Shown one piece after another: positions 21,554 to 34,225 of a DNA stretch of 64,000 nucleotides. Made by a program: the position numbers and the translations under genes. The DNA lies in NCBI GenBank assembly GCA_963849325.1, contig CAWKHF010000002.1, positions 128,001 through 192,000 of the forward strand. The letters run 5' to 3'. The stretch's first letter is position 1. Every line of letters starts with the position of its first letter. Under the pieces are notes generated by a model that saw only the letters and a program-made list of their open reading frames with translations, ran no database searches and was not told the origin of the DNA. Source of the stretch: an uncultured Planctomycetota bacterium. Its GTDB lineage: Bacteria; Planctomycetota; Planctomycetia; Gemmatales; Gemmataceae.

Positions 21554-22723
21554 CTAGAACGGGACGTCGTAGCCCTCGCGTTCGACGTGGTTGTTGCCGA
21601 AGCCGACGTGGCGACGCGGCCGGCTGTTCAATTCGTGGCGGTTGATGTCGAACTGCTTCAACGCCCAGCCCCAATTCCACGTCTGCGTATCCATGAAGTG
21701 CATGACCAACAGATTTTTCAGCTCCTCGACCTCCGCGAAGCTGTAGCCGTCCGTCGAGGCGACGGCCGTATCGATGTCCAGGTGCGTGCGGATGTCCTCG
21801 TGCCAGCGTTCGAGCAGGCGGCGGCGCAGGTCGGCGTCGGGCGCCTTGAAGTGCAGCACCAGGTCGAGCCGGCCGGGACGCTTGAAGGCGCGATCGATCA
21901 GGTCCAGCGAGCAATTCGTGGTGAAGACGAAAACGATGCCCTCGTTGATCTCGATGCCGTCCATGGCGCTGAGGAAGACGGCCTGGTCCTCGGTCTCGGC
22001 GATCTTGTCGCGGTCGCGCAGGGCCAGGTCCATGTCGTCGAAAAAGACAATGCCGCGACGCTCGACGGTGAACAGCGCCTCGATACTGTCGTGAGCGCGG
22101 GCGGCGCGGTAGTTGTCGGGCGTCACCAGGCGATACTCCCAGCGGCGCTGGCGACAGGCTTCCCAGATCCAGCGGCAAGCCATCGTCTTGCCGTTGCCGG
22201 GAGCGCCGGTCAGCAGGACGCCGCGCTTGGCCCGGCCGCCGTAACCCTTGATGCGTTCGAGGTTGCCGCTCTCCAGATAGCCGATGGTGTTCTTCCAGAG
22301 CAGATCGAGTTGGTCCAGGGGCAGAATGGGCGGGACGCAGGGCGGTTCGTTATCGCGACGGCAGCGCAGGGCGAGCTTGTAGAGCCGGCGATAATCCTTG
22401 CCATCGACGACGGCGAAATCCATTCCCCAGCAGTTGAGGTTGTCGCTGTGGGCGAAGCGGACGCGGACGAAGCGGACGCCCTCGATGTCGTACAGGCGCA
22501 TGCCCAGCTGGATGCCGGGCATGGAATGGCGGTTGTCCGGATCCCAGTCGCGCACCAGCACGCCGTCGATGGGCAGCAGCGGGCCGCGGCGGGCGGCCTT
22601 GACCAGCGGCGTGTAAAACTCGTCCATGTCCACGGCCACGGGCGATGCGAAGCCCGCCTGGCGAGCGACGGTGTCGAGCAGGAAGCGATGGTCGGCGGCG
22701 TACTGCTGGAGCTGGCTGTTCAT
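21554..22723 (-). CDS. AAA family ATPase
   Basis: GVLLTGAPGNGKT, FFDD, TTN, AFKRPGRLD. Confidence 0.9.
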   Translation of the reverse strand: MNSQLQQYAADHRFLLDTVARQAGFASPVAVDMDEFYTPLVKAARRGPLLPIDGVLVRDWDPDNRHSMPGIQLGMRLYDIEGVRFVRVRFAHSDNLNCWGMDFAVVDGKDYRRLYKLALRCRRDNEPPCVPPILPLDQLDLLWKNTIGYLESGNLERIKGYGGRAKRGVLLTGAPGNGKTMACRWIWEACRQRRWEYRLVTPDNYRAARAHDSIEALFTVERRGIVFFDDMDLALRDRDKIAETEDQAVFLSAMDGIEINEGIVFVFTTNCSLDLIDRAFKRPGRLDLVLHFKAPDADLRRRLLERWHEDIRTHLDIDTAVASTDGYSFAEVEELKNLLVMHFMDTQTWNWGWALKQFDINRHELNSRPRRHVGFGNNHVEREGYDVPF

Positions 22724-22874
22724 AGTAAGTTCGACACCGGATTGCGGGGTGTGGTTCGCCCTGACATTGGGTTGTCAACCGGCGGCCGAGAGGAACGACA
22801 GGACGCCAGCACGCCTATCTTACCCCGGCGGCGCGGTCGTTGGCAATGAGCGTCTTGCGGATGGGGTGCAGCCC

Positions 22875-23270
22875 TCAAAGGATTTCAACGACGATCGCCC
22901 CGCAGCGCGCGAGGTTTTTATCTCCGGTGAGAAAGGCGGTAGACTTGGCGAGAATGGCACTCGCCAAATGAATGGCATCCGGCGTCTTGAGGTTAAGGGA
23001 GGCGCGCAACTCGGTAGCCTTCTCCACGACATCGGCTGTGATGTCCAGCAGCTGGACCTCTGGGCCGTTGAAAAGCGCCTCGTAGAGAGCGAGGAGGGTC
23101 GTATCGCCTGCCCGAAGCGGTTTGCAGCGGCATTCCAGGCGGCTCAACCACGAGGTCGCCAGGAAGCGGCCTGTCCCGCGCAACGGTTGCAAACGAACTT
23201 CGAGGGGTGCCCGGACGGCGGAGGTCCCTTCGAGCAGGCGGATAAGGACATTCGCGTCCGCGTAGATCAT
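22875..23270 (-). CDS. PIN-domain (VapC-family) toxin
   Basis: MIYADANVLI, LKTPDAIHLASA, FLTGD; ATG overlaps the antitoxin stop. Confidence 0.9.
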   Translation of the reverse strand: MIYADANVLIRLLEGTSAVRAPLEVRLQPLRGTGRFLATSWLSRLECRCKPLRAGDTTLLALYEALFNGPEVQLLDITADVVEKATELRASLNLKTPDAIHLASAILAKSTAFLTGDKNLARCGAIVVEIL

Positions 23271-23503
23271 TCGTCGCCCCACGCCTCTCGTTCGTCGCGG
23301 ACCTGGGCCGCGATGTCCTCCGCAGACCGAAGGACGGGCGCCTTGCCGAACAGGTCAAAGATCGAGGTCGGTGGCGAAGACGGTGCTGATTTCTCGTGGG
23401 GGAAAACAATCAGTTCCGCGAGGCCTTCCGCGATGGGCAGCGGTTCGCTGGGGATGAAAACCTGGCCCACGTATGTGCCGCGCACGACGATCGCTTCACT
23501 CAT
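23267..23503 (-). CDS. Putative antitoxin
   Basis: 78 aa, directly upstream of and overlapping the PIN toxin; ends RSAEDIAAQVRDEREAW. Confidence 0.75.
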   Translation of the reverse strand: MSEAIVVRGTYVGQVFIPSEPLPIAEGLAELIVFPHEKSAPSSPPTSIFDLFGKAPVLRSAEDIAAQVRDEREAWGDE

Positions 23504-23592
23504 ACGGCTCCTTTCCTTCCGAAGGCTCGAATGGGCGCCTATTTATTGTATCTCCCAAAGAAGAGGGGTGGGAGACGGACGGTGCGCCAAAG

Positions 23593-24756
23593 TCAGCTCC
23601 CTTCCCGCCCGGGCAGTGCAACCACACTGCCGGCAAGGACGACGGCGCGAAGGCGGAAATCATCGCCCGGCTGCCAATCGAACAGAATGAGGTCCGCCGG
23701 AGCGCCGACGTGCAGCGGCCGTGCTTCCAACCCGAGCAACTGGCGCGGCCGCGCCCCGGTCATGTCCACGGCGTCGGCCAGCGACACATCGGCGACGGCG
23801 AGGAGGTGTCCGACGCAGGCGTCGGTGAAGACGCCGGAACCCGCCAGGAACGCGGTGCCCGGCACGACGATACGGCCGGTCGGCAGCACCTCGAACTCCT
23901 GGTCCCATTCGCGGTAACGTCCGGGCGGCAGACCGGCGAGGCTGCTGGCGTCGCATGTCAGGATCGTCCGCGCCGGCGTCTTGACGCGCAGGATGCAACG
24001 CAGCACGGCCGGCGGCAGATGATGGCCATCGCTGATGACGCTGGCCCACAGCTCGTCGGCGGCGAGCTGCTCCCACAGGTAGTTGTCGTGCCTCGGCAGC
24101 TGAGCGTGGGAGCCGTTGCCCAGGTGCGTGGACAGCCGGGCGCCTGCGGCGATGGCGGCGCGGATGCAATCGGGACGGGCAGCGGTGTGGCCCAGCGCGA
24201 CGACGACATCCGCGGCGACGAGCTTTTCGAGGAAGGGCAGTGCGCCGTCTCGTTCCGGGGCGAGCGTCACCAACCGAATGCGGCCGCCGGCGGCGTCCTG
24301 GAAACGACGAAACTCGTCCCAGTCGGGCGGACGGACATGGCGCAGCGGATGCGCACCGCGAGGGCCGTCCTCGGGACTGATGTACGGGCCTTCCAGGTGC
24401 AGCGCCGGGATGGCACGGGCGAGTTCGGCGTCGGTCTCGCAGGCGCGGCGCAGCGTGGTGAAACCGTGAATCAACGATTCGTGGGCATTGGTGATTAGCG
24501 TAGGGCACAGGCCGCCGATCCCGTGATGGCGGCACACCTGGACGACACGGCGGATGTCTTCGTCGGTCAGGCGCGGCGAATTGAAGCTGATGCCGTCGCA
24601 GCCGTTGATCTGCAGGTCGAACAGGGCGGGAGCGATCCACTCCGCTTCCCAATCGACCGTCCCTTCGGCGGCGGGAGCCAGGCTGGCGATGCGGCCGTGC
24701 TCGCAGCGGATGGAGAGTCGTTCGCCAGTTGTGTAGTGTCGGGCGCGGAACTGCAT
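23593..24756 (-). CDS. nagA: N-acetylglucosamine-6-phosphate deacetylase
   Basis: DLQING, HLEGPYIS...GAH, VTLAPE, LGHT, THLGN, DGHH. Confidence 0.85.
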   Translation of the reverse strand: MQFRARHYTTGERLSIRCEHGRIASLAPAAEGTVDWEAEWIAPALFDLQINGCDGISFNSPRLTDEDIRRVVQVCRHHGIGGLCPTLITNAHESLIHGFTTLRRACETDAELARAIPALHLEGPYISPEDGPRGAHPLRHVRPPDWDEFRRFQDAAGGRIRLVTLAPERDGALPFLEKLVAADVVVALGHTAARPDCIRAAIAAGARLSTHLGNGSHAQLPRHDNYLWEQLAADELWASVISDGHHLPPAVLRCILRVKTPARTILTCDASSLAGLPPGRYREWDQEFEVLPTGRIVVPGTAFLAGSGVFTDACVGHLLAVADVSLADAVDMTGARPRQLLGLEARPLHVGAPADLILFDWQPGDDFRLRAVVLAGSVVALPGREGS

Positions 24757-24811
24757 GGAAGATAGACCCACAACAGGGAGATTATATCTTGAAAAGAATC
24801 GCCGGAATCCC

Positions 24812-25102
24812 TCAATAGTTCCTGGTTTTCCAGTAGGTGGACAGACCCTTGGCGAACATTCCGAGTCCCGCCAGGATGATGCCCCAGAAGAAAATCCCCC
24901 ATGCGCCACCCGTCGCGGCGATGGTAAGGGCAGTTAACGCCGCGCCACTCAGGAAGACGATCAACCCAACGACCATGAGAAGGCGACCGCCGACATTGGC
25001 TTCCTTGAGTGCCCCTGGACCGCCCTCGAAGTTAAAACCGCAATCACATCGGGGAGAGGTGTCGGGGTTCACCAGGCCGCATACCGGACAATCTCTCGGC
25101 AC
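24812..25102 (-). CDS. Small zinc-ribbon membrane protein
   Basis: CPVC...CDC followed by two TM helices. Confidence 0.65.
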   Translation of the reverse strand: MPRDCPVCGLVNPDTSPRCDCGFNFEGGPGALKEANVGGRLLMVVGLIVFLSGAALTALTIAATGGAWGIFFWGIILAGLGMFAKGLSTYWKTRNY

Positions 25103-25172
25103 GACATTTCTCCCTGTCGAACTGCTCTGCGGAACTGGAAATGTTATATTCCCCCCGGCAGGGAAGTTGCGT

Positions 25173-25225
25173 TGTAGGACGGCCTTCCTAGGCCGTCCGG
25201 GACGGGCTGGGAAGGCCGTCCTACA
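25173..25225. repeat. GTAG-type REP doublet
   Basis: TGTAGGACGGCCTTCC...GGAAGGCCGTCCTACA. Confidence 0.8.
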
Positions 25226-25339
25226 GGATGCTCTTTCTTGCCGAGGTAATAACCGTTGCGACCGATCATGACGACTTCATGCCGCGTGATGGTCGCTGGG
25301 GCGCTGCGCAGACTACGCGGCAGACCCTCGCAGTCACTC

Positions 25340-26868
25340 CTACCGGCTGAAGCGGGCGATCAGGGCGCCCACGAACGTAACCGCGGCGCCGAGGATGGCG
25401 CCAATGCCGAAGATCAACGCATCGCGGCGGCTGAGGCGCCATCCTCGGGCGGCCTTCGCGGCGGAAGGCAGAGAGTCCAGAGGGACAAGTTCCACGTCGA
25501 TCGGCACCGATTCCTCGCCGGCAGGGACAGCCAACGGCGGAGTGCCTGCGACCTCGGAGACGGCAGACACGGCGCGACGTTGCTTCTTGTTGCGTTTGCC
25601 GCCGCGCGGGCGCTCCTCCTGTCCGGCCGTCCGCGCTGCCTTGGGCAACTCGGGGGGCTTGGCGGCCGGCAGACTATCCGTTGTCGGCTTCTTGACGGTC
25701 GGCGCCGCCGTCGCCGAGACCGGGACCGGCTTCTTGTTCTCGACTTCCAGCCAGGTCAGGTACGGCCGCATGCGCGGGTCGGCCTCGGGGGCGGCCAACG
25801 GCTCGTTGCCGGCGGCGAGGAAGACCTGCAACGCCTGGGCGGCGCGCTCGGGCGTCGGGTAGCGCTCGAGCGACATCCTTGGCCATCATCCAGTTGACGA
25901 TCTGCTGCAAGCCGTCGGGGACCGCCGGGTTCAACTCCTTCAGCGGCCGGGCCGGCTCGGTTGCGTGGCGGATCATCTGACTGATGATATTGGTGTCGGG
26001 GAAGGGCGGCTGACCGACCAGGACATGGTAGAGGACGCAGCCGAGGCTGTAGATGTCGGCGCGGATGTCGGCCTGGCGCGGATCGCGTGCCTGCTCTGGC
26101 GACATGTAGTCCGGCGTGCCCAGCAGGACGCCCTCGGTCGTCAGGCCGTGATCGCCCGGTTCGCCCGCCGAGTCCTCGAACAGGGTGCGACCCAGGCCGA
26201 TGTCGAGGATTTTGATCGTCGCCCGCAGCGTGCTGTCGAGCGTCGAACCGACCAGCATCAGGTTGGACGGTTTCAGGTCGCGGTGGACCAGTCCCTGGGC
26301 GTGGATGTGCTGCAAGCCCTGCAACGCCTGATAAACCAGGCGGACGCCCTCGCCGGGCAGCATCTTACCGCGGCGGGCCAGAACGTCCTCGAGGGTCTCG
26401 CCCTCCAGGTACTCCATGACCAGGTAATGCAGGCCGTCGGCGACGCCGGTCTGGAAGGAGCGGACGATGTTGGGGTGCTTGAGGCGCAAGGCCAGGCGGG
26501 CCTCGCGGTGGAAGCGGCCGAGCAGGTTCGCTTCGCGGGCCTTGGACGGCGGCAGCACCTTGATGGCCACGATCTGGCCGAGCTGGTGCTGGGCCTTGTA
26601 AACGCCGGCCATGCGGCCCTTGCCCAGTCGATCGAGGACCTTGTACTCGTTGAGGAAGAAGCCGTCGGCGTGGCCGCGCGCCAGCAGCTGCGCCTGGTAC
26701 TCGGTGAGGTAGCGGTTCGATACCATCCACGAGGCGAAGCGCGCCAGGTTGTTGGCCCCATCCTCGGGCCTCCTGCTGCCAGCGCGCGTACATGGCCTTG
26801 GCTTCGTCGATGGACAGCAGCTTGCTGCGCAGCAGCAGGCCGTAGACGTTCTGTACCGTGAGTTCCAT
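25340..26868 (-). CDS. Hanks-type Ser/Thr protein kinase with C-terminal TM (frameshifts near 26760 and 25875)
   Basis: LGKGRMAGVY, VAIKV, HRDLKPSN, DIG, GTPDYMSPEQ, DIYSLG. Confidence 0.9.
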
Positions 26869-26914
26869 GCCCGCCTCCGCCGCCCGACTCGGACTTCTCC
26901 CTTATAATACCATT

Positions 26915-27736
26915 ATGAACCTGGACATGGCGCTAACGGTCCTGTCGCATACCCCCGACGCTCCGCTCGACCTGGCGGAGTTGGCCCTGTCACTGGCGCA
27001 GGACGAATACGTCTCCCTGGACGTCGAGGCGTACCTGAGCGAGTTGGACGGCATGGCCCACGAGGCGCGGGCACACCTGCGCGGCAGTCTGACGACGCGC
27101 GTCAAGGGTCTGTGCCGCTATCTGTTTCACGACATGGGCTTTCGCGGCAATCAGCAGGATTACTACGACGCGCGCAACAGCTACCTCAACGACGTGCTGG
27201 ACCGTCGCACCGGCATCCCTATTACCCTGTCGGCGGTGGCGATGGCCGTCGGCCGGCGGGCCGGGCTGGATGTCGTCGGCGTTGGTCTACCCGGCCATTT
27301 CGTGGCGAAGGCCGTCGAGAACGGCGAAGAGATCCTGTTCGATCCGTTCCACGGCGGTCGGCGGCTGACACCGGAGAAGTGTCAGCGGCTGGTCGAACAG
27401 GTGGCCGGCATGCCGTTCGAGGCCAATGCCGAGGCGCTGCAGCCCGTTTCCCTGGGGGCGATGGTACTGCGCATGCTGAATAACCTGAAGGGCGTCTACC
27501 TGCGAAGCAGCGATTACGGCCGGGCGGCGCGCGTCATCGAGCGGCTGCGGCAGTTGAACCCGGACGATCCGCTGCAAAGGCGCGATCTCGGTGCGACGCT
27601 GTTCCAGGCGGGGCAGGCCGGCCGGGCCATCGATCACTTGCAGGCTTACCTGTCGGCGTCGCCGCAGGCGGAAGATGCCGACATGGTGGAGAAACTACTG
27701 CGGCAGGCGCGGGGGTCGGTGGCACGGTGGAATTGA
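26915..27736 (+). CDS. SirB1/transglutaminase-like protein with TPR
   Basis: GFRGNQQDYYDARNSYLNDVLDRRTGIPITL, GLPGHF, RMLNNLK. Confidence 0.9.
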   Translation: MNLDMALTVLSHTPDAPLDLAELALSLAQDEYVSLDVEAYLSELDGMAHEARAHLRGSLTTRVKGLCRYLFHDMGFRGNQQDYYDARNSYLNDVLDRRTGIPITLSAVAMAVGRRAGLDVVGVGLPGHFVAKAVENGEEILFDPFHGGRRLTPEKCQRLVEQVAGMPFEANAEALQPVSLGAMVLRMLNNLKGVYLRSSDYGRAARVIERLRQLNPDDPLQRRDLGATLFQAGQAGRAIDHLQAYLSASPQAEDADMVEKLLRQARGSVARWN

Positions 27737-27741
27737 AACGC

Positions 27742-28389
27742 TTACGATTTCGACCGCTTTTTCGGCGCCGGCTCTCGCTCGATTCGGGCGAACACCTCGC
27801 GCAGCGATAGACTCAACCCCGGCAGCACGTCGCCGCCATCAAGGTCCTGATCTTCCTTGAGGAGACGGGATTGATCGGGCGCGGTATAGACGCGGACGAT
27901 CCGTTTTCGCGGATCCACTACCCACGCGAGCCGAGTGCCGCTGCGAAAGTATTCGTGGAGCTTGCGATCTATCTCCGCCTTCGTGTTCTTTCGGCTGAGG
28001 ACTTCCACGGCCAAATCGGGGTACAGGTCCGGGATGGGCTTTGTCGGGATCTTGCGCTTGGGGAGTTGGTCCCACGAGATGAAAGACACATCCGGTATGC
28101 GAACCAAACCCGGCCAGAGGCGTAGAGTGCCGTCTTCACCTGCCAAAAAACCGAGATCCTGCCGTTCCAGAAATGTCTGGAGAAAAAAGGCAATCCTCAG
28201 TGCCAGGAAAGATGCCGCCAGTCCCATGGTCTTCTCCACCAGGACGCCATCGACCAGCTCACAAATCCTTCCTTCGCGGCGCTCAACGGCGAGAACGTCC
28301 TTTTCCGTGGCGGTTCCGGGCAGCGGATCAAGTAGGACGCGCTCGGCGGAAATGCCGCCGAGTTTCTTCAATAGTTCGGCAACGGTCAT
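27742..28389 (-). CDS. Uma2 family endonuclease
   Basis: ELVDGVLVEK, RIPDVSF, PDLAVEVLS, WVVDP. Confidence 0.9.
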   Translation of the reverse strand: MTVAELLKKLGGISAERVLLDPLPGTATEKDVLAVERREGRICELVDGVLVEKTMGLAASFLALRIAFFLQTFLERQDLGFLAGEDGTLRLWPGLVRIPDVSFISWDQLPKRKIPTKPIPDLYPDLAVEVLSRKNTKAEIDRKLHEYFRSGTRLAWVVDPRKRIVRVYTAPDQSRLLKEDQDLDGGDVLPGLSLSLREVFARIEREPAPKKRSKS

Positions 28390-28411
28390 AAACGGTCCCT
28401 CCGGAGCGAAA

Positions 28412-28882
28412 TCATTTCGGCAGATTGCGCAGCAGATTCACCATCTCGATCGCAGTCAAGGCGGCGTCGAAGCCCTTGTTGCCGGCCTTGGCGCCGGCGC
28501 GGTTGATGGCTTGCTCCAGCGTGTCGCAGGTGAGGATGCCGAAGATCACCGGCACGTTCGTCGCCAACGCCGCCCGCGCCACGCCGCCGGCGGCTTCGCC
28601 GGCCACGTAATCGTAATGGTCCGTGTCGCCGCGAATGACGGCGCCCAGGCAGATCACCGCCGCGTACCGGCCGCTTCCGGCCAGCCGCTGCGCCACGAAC
28701 GGGATCTCGAACGAGCCGGGCACGCGCACGATGTCGATGGCATCGTCGGCGACCCCGTGACGCTTCAGGGCGTCGAGCGCCCCGGCAACGAGCGGCTCGA
28801 CGATGGCGGAATTGAAACGCGCCGACACCAGGGCGAATCGCCCCGATGGCGGCGCGAACGAACCTTCGTAGATGGTTGGCAT
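28412..28882 (-). CDS. ribH: 6,7-dimethyl-8-ribityllumazine synthase
   Basis: [26 protein letters not shown]. Confidence 0.97.
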   Translation of the reverse strand: MPTIYEGSFAPPSGRFALVSARFNSAIVEPLVAGALDALKRHGVADDAIDIVRVPGSFEIPFVAQRLAGSGRYAAVICLGAVIRGDTDHYDYVAGEAAGGVARAALATNVPVIFGILTCDTLEQAINRAGAKAGNKGFDAALTAIEMVNLLRNLPK

Positions 28883-28902
28883 AACAATATGTGCGAACTA
28901 CT

Positions 28903-28975
28903 TCCCGTTTAGCCGCGACGCGCAGCGGAGCGCGGGACGCTTCCGCGCTCCGCTGCGCGTCGCGGCTAAACGGGA
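28903..28975. repeat. REP-like palindrome family A
   Basis: TCCCGTTTAGCCGCGACGCGCAGCGGAGCGC...GCGCTCCGCTGCGCGTCGCGGCTAAACGGGA. Confidence 0.9.
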
Positions 28976-28989
28976 TTCCGAACAAGTCT

Positions 28990-30534
<1,545 letters not shown>

Positions 30535-30725
30535 GTTATTTTCTCCTTCACAGAGGGCTGGGGCGGGAGGAAGAGAATGGACAGCAATCATCCATTCTTT
30601 CGGCCGGCCGAACGCGGAGATGATGGTCGTGTCGCGTTCGGCGCGAGAAGGCCCCAGCGGCGGGCTTCCAAACAGGGTTAGAGGTAGCTCACGGATTCCA
30701 GTCCGCGGCCGAGTCGGCCGACGGG

Positions 30726-31373
30726 TTAAGGTTCGAGTTCGCTCCGGGTCGAAGCCTGGGCCAGTCCCCAGAGATGCAAGAGGTCATTCACCTGGCGGTT
30801 CAGATGCTCGAGGGAGGCCGAGTTATCGAGCACATGATCGGCCCGAACGACCTTTTCCGTCAAGGGCAATTGCGCCTGCTCACGGGCGTCCACCTCCTTT
30901 TCCGTCCAGCCGCGCTGCCGGGCCACCCGCGCCAGGCGCACGGCCCGCGGCGCCTCGATGTAGACCAGACAGTCACAAACATCATTCCATCCCGCCTCCA
31001 GCATGATCGCCGCGTCGAGGACGACCAGCGGCACGCGGGGGTTGGCCCGTGCAGCCTCCATCTCGCCGTGCAGACGCCGGCGAATCCACGGGTGCGTGAT
31101 CGCTTCCAGCGCCTTCAGCTCGGCCGGATCGGCGAAGACGACGGCGGCGAGACGACGGCGATTGACCTCGCCATCCTCATCCAGCACGCCCTCGCCCCAG
31201 CGCGCCGCAATGCGGGCGCGGATGTCGGGATCGCGCAGGGCGGCGTGCGCCAGCTGATCGCCGGCGATGACGCGCGCCCCGTGGCGGGCGAAGGCGGCGG
31301 CTACCTGACTCTTGCCGCTGCCGATGCCGCCAATCAAGCCCACCACTCGTTTGTCGCCCCGCGCGGCGGTCAT
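30726..31373 (-). CDS. coaE: Dephospho-CoA kinase
   Basis: GLIGGIGSGKS, LEAITHP. Confidence 0.95.
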   Translation of the reverse strand: MTAARGDKRVVGLIGGIGSGKSQVAAAFARHGARVIAGDQLAHAALRDPDIRARIAARWGEGVLDEDGEVNRRRLAAVVFADPAELKALEAITHPWIRRRLHGEMEAARANPRVPLVVLDAAIMLEAGWNDVCDCLVYIEAPRAVRLARVARQRGWTEKEVDAREQAQLPLTEKVVRADHVLDNSASLEHLNRQVNDLLHLWGLAQASTRSELEP

Positions 31374-34225
31374 GCGGATTTCATCTCCGTGACGTCGAGC
31401 CAGTTCGGGCCTTCAGCCAGGTCCACCTTGAGCGGCACGTGCAGCCCCAGCGCCCGCTCCACCGGCGCCGTCATCTCCTCGCGCACCAGGGCGGCGAGGG
31501 ACGGCAGTTCCTCCGGGGGCGTCTCGAAGACCAGTTCGTCGTGGATCTGCAACAGCAGCCGGGCGCGGCGATTCTCACGGCGGAGGCGGCGGTAGACGTG
31601 GAGCATCGCCAACTTGATCAGGTCCGCGGCCGAACCCTGCACCTCCATGTTGATCGCCTCGCGCTCGGCGGTGTTGCGCTGCTGGTACGTCGAGTGGGCG
31701 CGGATGGCGTCGCGGTCGAAGTGCCGGCGGCGGCCGAGGATCGTGGACACGTAGCCGTTCTTGCGGCAGTCCTTCAGCAATCGGTCCTGGTACTCCTGCA
31801 CCTTCGGATAACGGGCGAAATAGGAGGCGATGAACTTCGCCGCCTCGTCGCGCGACATCTCCAGTCGCTGGCCCAGGCCGACCGGGCTGATTCCGTAGAT
31901 GACGCCGAAGTTGACCGTCTTGGCCATGCGCCGCATGGCGGAGGTCACGTCCGCCTCCGCTACGCCGAAAATCTGGGCGGCGACGGCGGCGTGGATGTCG
32001 CGGTCCTCGGCGAAGGCACGACGCAGCTCGGCGTCGCCGCAGAAGTGCGCCAGCAGGCGCAGCTCGATCTGCGAGTAGTCCGCCGTCACCAGCCGCCAAC
32101 CCTCGGCCGGCAGAAACGCTTGCCGGATCTGCTGTCCCTCTTCCCGACGCACCGGAATATTTTGTAAATTCGGCTCACTCGACGACAATCGACCCGTGGA
32201 AGCCACCGTCTGGTTGAACGCCGTGTGGACCCGGCCGGTCTGCGGATTGACCATCTCCGGCAGAGCATCGACGTAGGTGCTCTTGAGCTTGGCGATGCGG
32301 CGATGTTCGAGGATCTTGCGGGGCAAGGCGGCGCCGGAATGGTCGAGGGCGGCCAGCTTTTCCAGCGTCTCCTGGTCCGTGCTGGCCGCGCCGGTGATGC
32401 CGGTTCGTCCCTGCACCGGCAGCTTCAACTCCTCGAACAGGACCTTGCGCAACTGCACCAGCGAACCGATGTTGAACGGATGCCCGGCCAGCTCGTAAAT
32501 CTCTTTCTCGATCGTCGCCAGCTGTTGTCCCATGTCCACGCTCAGGCCGCGCAGGAAGGGCAGGTCGAGGCGAATGCCGTTGAACTCCAACTCGGCGAGC
32601 ACCTCGATGAGCGGTACTTCCACGTCATCGTACAGCTTGCGCAGCGGGCTGTTCGCCTCCAGCTCGGACTCCAGCATCCCGCACAGGCGCCAGGCCACGT
32701 CGGCGTCCTCGCCGGCGTACACGGCGACGCGCTCGGTCGGCACCTGATCCATGCGCAGCTGCGGCGTCTTGCGGCTCTTCTTGCCGATCAGGTCCGTGAT
32801 GGGGATGACCTGATGGTTCAGGTAGCGCCGCGCCAGCTCTTCCAGACCATGACTTCGTTCGCCGGCATGCAGGAGGTAATCGGCGACCATTGGATCGCCG
32901 ACCACGCCGCGCGGCTGTACGCCGCGGCCGCGGAGTACCAGCAGATCGTACTTGATGTTCTGGTTGACCTTGGCCACGCCGGGGGCTTCCAGAATCGGGC
33001 GCAGCCGCGCCAGCGTCGAGTCCGGATCGAGCACGGATGAGCCTTCCGGACCGCGCAGCGCCAGATACCACGCCTCGCCGGCGCGCCAGGAAAAGGCGAA
33101 GCCGACAATGTCCGCTTGCAACGGGCTGAGACTGGTCGTCTCCAGGTCGAAGGCGATCCGTTTCTGCTGGAACAGATCGCGATAAAACGCCTCGAATTTG
33201 TCCTCGGAATCGATCAGCCGATAGTCGGCCTGCCAGTCGTCACCCTTCGGGGCCGAGGTAGACGTCTCGGCGGAAGCGCCATTAGCCGGGGCGTTGGCGC
33301 CGAAGGGGAACAACTCGCCGGCGGTGAACAGCTCGCCCTGCACGGCGGCGGCGCCGCGTCCGGAATCGCGGAACTGATTGGCGAGGCTGTGGAAACCCCA
33401 CTCCTGGAACAGCTCGCGCAGACGCGGCCCGTCCAGGTCGCGCAGGCGCCAGCCGTCCCAGTCCAGTTCGATCGGAACATCGGTGGCGAGGCGCACGAGC
33501 CGCCGCGCCCGGTCGATGAGTTCGCCGCCGTGGCGCAGGTTCTCCTGCCGCTTGGCGCCGGGGATGCGGTCGATGTTGGCGAGGATGTTTTCCAGGGTGC
33601 CGTACTCTTGCAGCAGCTTGGCCGCCGTCTTGATGCCGATGCCGGGCACGCCGGGCACGTTATCGACCGCGTCGCCGACCAGCGTTTGCAGATCGACGAC
33701 CTGCTCGGGTTTGATGCCCCAGTCGGCCATCAGCTCGTCGCGGCCAAACGCCGCCCGCTTGCGCAGGCTGTACAGGTGGACGCGGTCGTCGATCAACTGG
33801 CGGCAGTCCTTGTCGCTGGTACACAGGAAGACCTCCAGTCCGCGACGAGCGGCGGCGGCGGCGAGGGTGGCGAGCACGTCGTCGGCCTCGAAGCCGGCCA
33901 CGCTGACGACCGGCACGTTCATGGCGTCGAGCAGGCGGTGGATCAGCGGCATCTGCAATTGCAGGTCATTGGGCATCTCGTCGCGGTGCGCCTTGTATTG
34001 CGGATAGATGGCGCTGCGGAAGGTCGGCTCGGCGCGGTCGAAGGCGCAGACGAGGTAGTCCGGCCGCAGGTCGCGCAGAAACAGCAAGTCGCGGGTGAAG
34101 CCGAACAGGGCGTTGGTCGGCAGCCCGGACGGACTGGTCATGCCGCGAATGGCATGAAAGACCTGGAAGATGAGCGAATGCGCATCCACCAGGTAGACAG
34201 TTCCGCTTACCGTGCCCGACGACAT
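31370..34225 (-). CDS. polA: DNA polymerase I
   Basis: 5'-3' exonuclease (GFEADD, DNVPGVPGIG), DLET, ADYSQIELR, AKTVNFGVIYG, LQIHDE. Confidence 0.98.
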   Translation of the reverse strand: MSSGTVSGTVYLVDAHSLIFQVFHAIRGMTSPSGLPTNALFGFTRDLLFLRDLRPDYLVCAFDRAEPTFRSAIYPQYKAHRDEMPNDLQLQMPLIHRLLDAMNVPVVSVAGFEADDVLATLAAAAARRGLEVFLCTSDKDCRQLIDDRVHLYSLRKRAAFGRDELMADWGIKPEQVVDLQTLVGDAVDNVPGVPGIGIKTAAKLLQEYGTLENILANIDRIPGAKRQENLRHGGELIDRARRLVRLATDVPIELDWDGWRLRDLDGPRLRELFQEWGFHSLANQFRDSGRGAAAVQGELFTAGELFPFGANAPANGASAETSTSAPKGDDWQADYRLIDSEDKFEAFYRDLFQQKRIAFDLETTSLSPLQADIVGFAFSWRAGEAWYLALRGPEGSSVLDPDSTLARLRPILEAPGVAKVNQNIKYDLLVLRGRGVQPRGVVGDPMVADYLLHAGERSHGLEELARRYLNHQVIPITDLIGKKSRKTPQLRMDQVPTERVAVYAGEDADVAWRLCGMLESELEANSPLRKLYDDVEVPLIEVLAELEFNGIRLDLPFLRGLSVDMGQQLATIEKEIYELAGHPFNIGSLVQLRKVLFEELKLPVQGRTGITGAASTDQETLEKLAALDHSGAALPRKILEHRRIAKLKSTYVDALPEMVNPQTGRVHTAFNQTVASTGRLSSSEPNLQNIPVRREEGQQIRQAFLPAEGWRLVTADYSQIELRLLAHFCGDAELRRAFAEDRDIHAAVAAQIFGVAEADVTSAMRRMAKTVNFGVIYGISPVGLGQRLEMSRDEAAKFIASYFARYPKVQEYQDRLLKDCRKNGYVSTILGRRRHFDRDAIRAHSTYQQRNTAEREAINMEVQGSAADLIKLAMLHVYRRLRRENRRARLLLQIHDELVFETPPEELPSLAALVREEMTAPVERALGLHVPLKVDLAEGPNWLDVTEMKSA

